A stretch of 32,000 bases of DNA from Pseudothioglobus sp. nBUS_23. Lineage in GTDB: Bacteria; Pseudomonadota; Gammaproteobacteria; PS1; Pseudothioglobaceae. Below the pieces are notes generated by a model that had not been told where the DNA came from, did not search any database, and saw only the letters and a list, made by a program, of their open reading frames with translations. A program made the position numbers and the translations under genes. The DNA lies in the NCBI RefSeq assembly GCF_051201565.1, contig NZ_CP179200.1, positions 1,080,001-1,112,000 on the forward strand, given 5' to 3'. Below, piece after piece: positions 26,840 through 32,000 of this stretch (the first letter of the stretch is position 1; each line of letters starts with the position of its first letter).

Positions 26840-27958
26840 ATGATTCATTTTGGACAGATATCTAGTGAAGAGTTCTTAGCTGAGTATTGGCAAAAAAAGC
26901 CATTACTCATTAAGCATGCAATACCGAATTTTATTTCTCCCTTTTCTCCAGATGAGCTGGCTGGACTCTCTTGCGAGGAAGAGTTCGAATCAAGAGTAGT
27001 CAAAGGCTCAACTCAAAGAAACGATTGGACTCTCGAGAGCGGTCCTTTTAAAGATGATTATTTTGAAAATATGCCCAAAAATGATTGGACGCTTCTTGTT
27101 CAAGGTGTTGACAAACATATTCTTGAAGTCTATGAAATAATCGAAGAGTTCAACTTTATACCTAGGTGGCGCTTTGACGATGTTATGGTTTCATTTGCTG
27201 CCCAAGGAGGAAGTGTTGGACCACACTATGACCACTATGACGTTTTTTTACTTCAAGGCCTTGGAAGCAGGCATTGGCAGATTAGTTCGCTGGATTGTCA
27301 TTCTAATAATTATGTTAAAAACAGTGAGCTAAGAATTATGGAAAGCTTTCGGGAGGAGGATACATTTATTACCGAACCTGGTGATATTTTATATGTACCC
27401 CCAGGAATTGCTCACCACGGAACAAGTCTTGATACTGAATGCATTACACTGTCATTTGGCTACAGATCTTATTCGGCCTATGAAATGATGGAGGCGCTTA
27501 ACTTAAAGCCCCATAAAAGCAATATTGACTATTATATTGACCCTAATTGGCCAACAGAACTAGGTAATGCAGAAATTTCTAATTCAGCCGTTAATCAAGC
27601 ATTAGAGCTTTTAAATTTAGATCAATTACCAACTGAGTTTTTTGGGTGCTTCGTAACAAAATTAGATCTCTTTGATCAGCAAAAAATTAGCGAAATGATG
27701 CTTTTTGAGGAGCCGATAGAAATTCAAGAATCTGTATCCTATATTTTATCTCCCATATGTCGCATTGCTTACCAAATGATTAAGAACGAGATTCATGTTT
27801 TTATTAACGGAGAGTCTTTTGATAGCGAAAACTTTGATAGTGACTTACTAGTAAAATTTTGTAACTCGAGATTGATAACAGTTAATAACCAAAACATCTC
27901 ACTAGCTAAAAAACTCTCTTCCCTTTATCTATTAGAAAAAATTTCCAATCATTTTTGA
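26840..27958 (+). CDS. roxA: Ribosomal protein uL16 arginine hydroxylase (JmjC/cupin-4, RoxA/YcfD)
   Basis: 372 aa versus 373 aa for E. coli YcfD, and collinear with it as I recall: FLAEYWQKKPLLIK, SPDELAGLSCEEEFESR, WTLLVQGV, SFAAQGGSVGPHYDHYDVFLLQGLGSRHW (HxD), GDILYVPPGIAHHG (distal His). Confidence 0.82.
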   Translation: MIHFGQISSEEFLAEYWQKKPLLIKHAIPNFISPFSPDELAGLSCEEEFESRVVKGSTQRNDWTLESGPFKDDYFENMPKNDWTLLVQGVDKHILEVYEIIEEFNFIPRWRFDDVMVSFAAQGGSVGPHYDHYDVFLLQGLGSRHWQISSLDCHSNNYVKNSELRIMESFREEDTFITEPGDILYVPPGIAHHGTSLDTECITLSFGYRSYSAYEMMEALNLKPHKSNIDYYIDPNWPTELGNAEISNSAVNQALELLNLDQLPTEFFGCFVTKLDLFDQQKISEMMLFEEPIEIQESVSYILSPICRIAYQMIKNEIHVFINGESFDSENFDSDLLVKFCNSRLITVNNQNISLAKKLSSLYLLEKISNHF

Positions 27959-28171
27959 ATTTCTAAATAGCCTCAATTCAGTTAAAAACATGCTGTTTTG
28001 AGGCATGATTACATCTACTAAATTTGTATATTTGTAGATAGAATTAGGGGATAATTCAACTGTTTTGTGGATTTTGGTAAGTTTTATCTCAAGCATACTT
28101 ATATGGTATGTTTTATATAAAGCTTATTGCGTTAAACCATAAAACACTTTTAATTTTATTGGAGTAACACA

Positions 28172-30262
28172 ATGGACATGAATATAGTTCAAAAAAGTTT
28201 TACGTTTGGCAACAGCCAAATTTCATTTGAAACGGGAAGAGTCGCTAGGCAAGCTCATGGAGCAGTTTTAGCTAGTATGGACGACACCCAGGTACTGGTA
28301 TCGGTAGTTGGCGCGAAAGAGGCGAAGCCAGGTCAATCGTTTTTTCCACTTTCTGTAGATTACATTGAAAAAACATACGCTGCTGGAAAAATCCCCGGTG
28401 GTTTTCTTAAAAGGGAAGGCAGACCTAGTGAGAAAGAAACTCTTACATCACGACTGATTGACCGCCCTATTCGACCGCTATTTCCGAATGGCTACATGAA
28501 TGAAGTTCAAGTAATGATTCAGGTTATATCATCAAATAAAAATGTTGATCCTGATGTTTTAGCAATGATTGCTACATCTGCGGCTTTAGCTATCTCTGGG
28601 GTTCCATTTAAGGGACCAATTGGTGCTGCAAGAGTTGGCTATCAAAATGGTAACTACACAATCAATCCAACATATAGTGACCTTGAGTCATCAGAGCTGG
28701 ATATGGTTGTTGCAGGAACTAAAGATGCGGTCCTGATGGTTGAGTCTGAGGCAAGTGAATTATCTGAAGAGGTAATGTTAGGTGCTGTCATGTATGCACA
28801 TGAACAATTCCAAGTTGTTATCGATAGTGTCGCTGAATTTGCTAAAGAAGTTGGAGTATCGCCACGCGAATGGATTGCACCTGAAGAAAATGAATCCCTC
28901 TTAACCTCTATTAAATCCAAGTTTGAAAGTCAAATTTCTGAAGCATATCAGACAGTTGATAAGATGGATCGTTACGAAAAAATGGGTGAAATTAAAGACG
29001 CTGCACTCGAAGAGTTTGTTAGTGAAGAGGATTCAATTAGTGATGATGAGGTTAAAAATTACATTAAAAAAATCGAAAAATCAACAGTTAGAGAGAGGAT
29101 TTTAGCTGGTGAACCTAGAATTGATGGAAGAGACAACTCTACTGTTAGGGAGTTATCTATTGAAACTGGAGTACTGGAGAATACTCATGGTTCTGCACTT
29201 TTCACAAGAGGTGAAACGCAGGCCTTAGTTGTTACGACTCTTGGCTCAAAGAGAGATGCACAGCTTATTGAAACACTTGAGTCAAATGATCGCATCGAAG
29301 ATCATTTTATGCTTCACTATAACTTTCCCCCATACTGTGTAGGTGAGACAGGTCGCGTAATGGGTGTTAAAAGACGTGAAGTCGGACATGGAAGACTAGC
29401 AAGAAGAGGTATTTCAGCTTGCCTTCCAAACCTTGATGAATTTCCTTACACGATCCGTGTAGTGTCTGAAATTACTGAATCTAATGGCTCTAGCTCTATG
29501 GCAAGTGTTTGCGGATCATCTCTTTCTTTAATGGATGCAGGTGTTCCTCTTAAAGCTCCAGTTGCTGGAATTGCAATGGGATTAGTTAAAGACGAAGATC
29601 GATTTACTGTCTTAACAGATATTCTTGGAGATGAAGACCATCTAGGCGACATGGATTTTAAGGTTGCTGGAACATCAAAAGGAATAAACGCCCTTCAAAT
29701 GGATATTAAGATTGATGGGATTACCGAAGACATTATGTCTATAGCACTTAAGCAAGCAAAAGATGCAAGGCTTAATATATTAGGTCAAATGAATCAGGTT
29801 ATTTCAGAACCAAATTCAGCCTCTAAAAATGCCCCTAAAACTAAGGTCATAAAAATACCTACTGATAAAATTAGAGATGTTATTGGTAAAGGCGGGGAAA
29901 CTATTAGAGGAATTGTTTCTGAGTCTGGTGCAAGCGTTGATGTTGATGATGATGGCAATGTAAATATCTTTGCAAACGATTCTGAAAGCTTTGAAAAAGC
30001 GGTTCAGATGGTCAAAGATGTAACTGCTGTTCCTGAAGTTAATAAAGTTTACATGGGCAAGGTAGCCAAAATAGTTGAATTTGGTGCTTTTGTGACAATC
30101 ATGCCGAACCAAGATGGCCTTTTACATGTGTCTGAAATTGCTCACGAAAGAGTAGAGAAGGTTGAAAACTACCTTAAAGAAGGTGAAGAAGTTGAGGTAA
30201 AGGTTCTTGGAATTGATCGAGGAAGAATTAAACTTTCTAGAAAAGTTTTAATCGAAAAGTAA
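28172..30262 (+). CDS. pnp: Polynucleotide phosphorylase
   Basis: 696 aa. Two RNase PH domains ([10 protein letters not shown]..., [24 protein letters not shown]). KH domain ([11 protein letters not shown]) and S1 domain ([13 protein letters not shown]) at the C-terminus. Confidence 0.95.
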   Translation: MDMNIVQKSFTFGNSQISFETGRVARQAHGAVLASMDDTQVLVSVVGAKEAKPGQSFFPLSVDYIEKTYAAGKIPGGFLKREGRPSEKETLTSRLIDRPIRPLFPNGYMNEVQVMIQVISSNKNVDPDVLAMIATSAALAISGVPFKGPIGAARVGYQNGNYTINPTYSDLESSELDMVVAGTKDAVLMVESEASELSEEVMLGAVMYAHEQFQVVIDSVAEFAKEVGVSPREWIAPEENESLLTSIKSKFESQISEAYQTVDKMDRYEKMGEIKDAALEEFVSEEDSISDDEVKNYIKKIEKSTVRERILAGEPRIDGRDNSTVRELSIETGVLENTHGSALFTRGETQALVVTTLGSKRDAQLIETLESNDRIEDHFMLHYNFPPYCVGETGRVMGVKRREVGHGRLARRGISACLPNLDEFPYTIRVVSEITESNGSSSMASVCGSSLSLMDAGVPLKAPVAGIAMGLVKDEDRFTVLTDILGDEDHLGDMDFKVAGTSKGINALQMDIKIDGITEDIMSIALKQAKDARLNILGQMNQVISEPNSASKNAPKTKVIKIPTDKIRDVIGKGGETIRGIVSESGASVDVDDDGNVNIFANDSESFEKAVQMVKDVTAVPEVNKVYMGKVAKIVEFGAFVTIMPNQDGLLHVSEIAHERVEKVENYLKEGEEVEVKVLGIDRGRIKLSRKVLIEK

Positions 30263-30267
30263 TAATG

Positions 30268-30292
30268 AAAGCCACCGTAAGGTGGCTTTTTT
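30268..30292 (+). terminator. Intrinsic terminator after pnp
   Basis: AAAGCCACC-GTAA-GGTGGCTTT gives a 9-bp stem with a GNRA-like loop, followed by a T-run (30287-30292). It starts 5 nt after the pnp stop. Confidence 0.85.
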
Positions 30293-30306
30293 AATGAGAA
30301 TTAATT

Positions 30307-30516
30307 ATGTCAGATGAAAAAATAGTTGAGCTAGAAGAAAAAATTGCGTTTCTTCAAAATATGATTGATGAACTGAATATGGTGGTTTTTCGTCAGGGTG
30401 AAAAACTTGAGAAACTCAACTTAAAACTCAAAGATACGCATAACAAATTACTGGATCAATCTGAATCAATATCTGTTCAAAATGAGGCTTCAGATGATAA
30501 ACCGCCTCATTACTAA
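30307..30516 (+). CDS. slyX: SlyX family coiled-coil protein
   Basis: 69 aa. The IVELEEKIAFLQNMIDELNMVVFRQGEKLEKL pattern is typical of SlyX. C-terminal PPHY. Confidence 0.75.
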   Translation: MSDEKIVELEEKIAFLQNMIDELNMVVFRQGEKLEKLNLKLKDTHNKLLDQSESISVQNEASDDKPPHY

Positions 30517-31691
30517 GCGTTTGAATTAATGCGTTTCATCATAATAATTAGTGCAACTCCATTCAGCCCCCAAACAACGCTCAGTAAATACATATTAAAG
30601 GTTAGACTTAAGTATTCAGCCAAATAGCCTACCAGAGCTGGCCCAAATATAAAGCCAGAAAATCCAAGGGTAATTAAGTTTGCAACTGTTAGATTTATTG
30701 GTTCATCGGTAACTCTGATTGCTAGCCTAAATATTATCGCAATAAAGTTCGCAGTTCCAAAACCAAAAAGAAGCATACCAAAAACAATAATATAGAAATT
30801 TGAAGTTAGTATAGATGCAAACATAATCAATCCTGCTGCAATACTCAAATACCCGCCAACAACCTTTTCACCTGCCTTTTTAATCATTTTTGATGCAATC
30901 AATCTTGCAGAGATTTCACCAATATTGAATGCAAAGATGATTGCACCACCAAGATACAAAGGAACCAACAAATCTTTTGTTAACCAAAGCGCAGACCAAT
31001 CTAAGATAATACCCATCGTTGCGTAATTAAGCATCATCAAAATTCCAAAAGCAAGTATTGAATTTTTGGGTAATTTGAATTTAGGAGTTTTTTCTAAATT
31101 CTCATAGGACTTATCAAGACCAAATTTGTTAATTAAAAAAGCTCCTAAGATAAGCATATTTCCTGTTATTGAAAAAATTAATACAGGGCTCTCTATGTAT
31201 TTGATAGTAAAAAAAGCACTAAAAGCGCCCACAAGAGAACCAAAACTAAAGGCTGCATGGTAGAGTGGAGTAAGGACACGAGAAGTTTTACTCTCAATCA
31301 TAGATATTTGAGATTGGGATGAGGGACTAAAAAGGCCAACAAAAAAACCGAACGGCATGAAAGCAATCAAAAACCAATGATAACTTGGAGCTAAGATTAA
31401 TAGTAATGGACAGTAAGCTATTCCCAACAAACCGATTACAATTGAATTCTTCGTTCCTATTTTAGGAACAATAAGTCTGCCTGAAACTTGGTTACCAATT
31501 AAATTTAATAGCCCAAAAGCAAATAAACCTAGTCCAATTTCTGCTTCTGTTATTTGGAGTCTTTCAGCATTCCATGGAATATAAACAAAGTATATACCAA
31601 TCTGGAATAAAACAAGGAAAGCCCCCAGGAATGTTGCATAGATGCCTCTGTCGTATGCCTTGGTCTCTTCTTTAGAAATTGCTTGTTCCAC
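30513..31691 (-). CDS. Major facilitator superfamily transporter
   Basis: 392 aa with about 12 TM segments in a 6+6 arrangement split by a central charged loop (DKSYENLEKTPKFKLPK). GTG start 4 nt after the stop of the upstream HopJ-like gene. Substrate unknown. Confidence 0.65.
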   Translation of the reverse strand: MEQAISKEETKAYDRGIYATFLGAFLVLFQIGIYFVYIPWNAERLQITEAEIGLGLFAFGLLNLIGNQVSGRLIVPKIGTKNSIVIGLLGIAYCPLLLILAPSYHWFLIAFMPFGFFVGLFSPSSQSQISMIESKTSRVLTPLYHAAFSFGSLVGAFSAFFTIKYIESPVLIFSITGNMLILGAFLINKFGLDKSYENLEKTPKFKLPKNSILAFGILMMLNYATMGIILDWSALWLTKDLLVPLYLGGAIIFAFNIGEISARLIASKMIKKAGEKVVGGYLSIAAGLIMFASILTSNFYIIVFGMLLFGFGTANFIAIIFRLAIRVTDEPINLTVANLITLGFSGFIFGPALVGYLAEYLSLTFNMYLLSVVWGLNGVALIIMMKRINSNA

Positions 31692-31695
31692 TGGA

Positions 31696-32000
31696 CTATG
31701 TTTTAATTTTTAAGGCGTCAAAATCAATCAAAAGCCCTTTCCAGCCGTGTTTCATAAAACTTCGAATGTTTAAGTGTGAGCTATCATCTTCAGGGCTATT
31801 TAATACTGACTGATAATGCTCAGCAAAGCAATGAAGCACCTCTGACTCTGAAAGTGAATGCATATGACCAAAACAGAATACTTTGGCAGAGCCCTGATTT
31901 TCAGATTTCGAGTTGATAATTTCACCATTCTCAAATGCTATATTTGAAAAATGATATTCCGCATCAATTAACTCAATAAAATCAGAGAATTCAAATCCTG
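31696..32000 (-). CDS. HopJ-family protein (N-terminus runs off the window)
   Basis: Absent from the ORF track. My manual translation of the - strand gives ...GFEFSDFIELIDAEYHFSNIAFENGEIINSKSENQGSAKVFCFGHMHSLSESEVLHCFAEHYQSVLNSPEDDSSHLNIRSFMKHGWKGLLIDFDALKIKT*, with the stop at 31696-31698. ENQGS.K.F.F, CF.EHY and NIR.F...GW match the HopJ type III effector family as I recall it. Confidence 0.55.
   Translation of the reverse strand, partial: GFEFSDFIELIDAEYHFSNIAFENGEIINSKSENQGSAKVFCFGHMHSLSESEVLHCFAEHYQSVLNSPEDDSSHLNIRSFMKHGWKGLLIDFDALKIKT

Noticed and set aside
27970-28004. Inverted repeat GCCTCAA...TTGAGGC after roxA, considered as a terminator. Also short AU-rich inverted repeats in the pnp leader (for example 28109-28116 with 28139-28146), considered as an RNase III autoregulatory hairpin.
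   Set aside because: The stems are only 7-8 bp with 21-22-nt loops, no T-tract follows, and one stem is all A/U. This cannot be told apart from chance in AT-rich sequence without covariation or mapping data.

Overview
This is a gene-dense, AT-rich proteobacterial chromosome segment (roughly high-30s % GC by eye). Intergenic gaps are very short and several gene pairs share ATGA-type start/stop overlaps, which fits a streamlined genome. The gene order looks gammaproteobacterial, but that is inference only: trxA-rho, ffs-dnaX-ybaB-recR, valS, guaB, roxA, pnp, slyX. I support 31 protein genes (two run off the window edges), one ncRNA missed by the ORF track (SRP/4.5S RNA upstream of dnaX), and two clear GC-rich intrinsic terminator hairpins. 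I found no tRNA, rRNA, CRISPR array, transposase, integrase, phage gene, toxin-antitoxin pair or recognisable defence gene. About two thirds of the window is housekeeping. The one accessory-looking block is 15.26-26.74 kb: two divergent operons that look like a hydroxyproline-type imino-acid catabolic island. The minus operon encodes a DapA-like enzyme, an ALDH, two proline-racemase-family paralogues and a FAD dehydrogenase. The plus operon encodes a 4-gene polar-amino-acid ABC importer and a fused aconitase-X. An orphan Fe(II)/2OG oxygenase lies at the far end. The most unusual point is that both proline-racemase-family paralogues carry a Ser/Cys catalytic pair instead of Cys/Cys (epimerase) or Cys/Thr (dehydratase). 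The island therefore probably does something other than textbook trans-4-hydroxy-L-proline degradation. A second point worth follow-up is an in-frame A10 tract in dnaX at the expected tau/gamma boundary, with early stops in both alternative frames. I see no evidence here for an entirely new type of system such as a defence system. All homology statements come from motif recognition by eye, not database searches.
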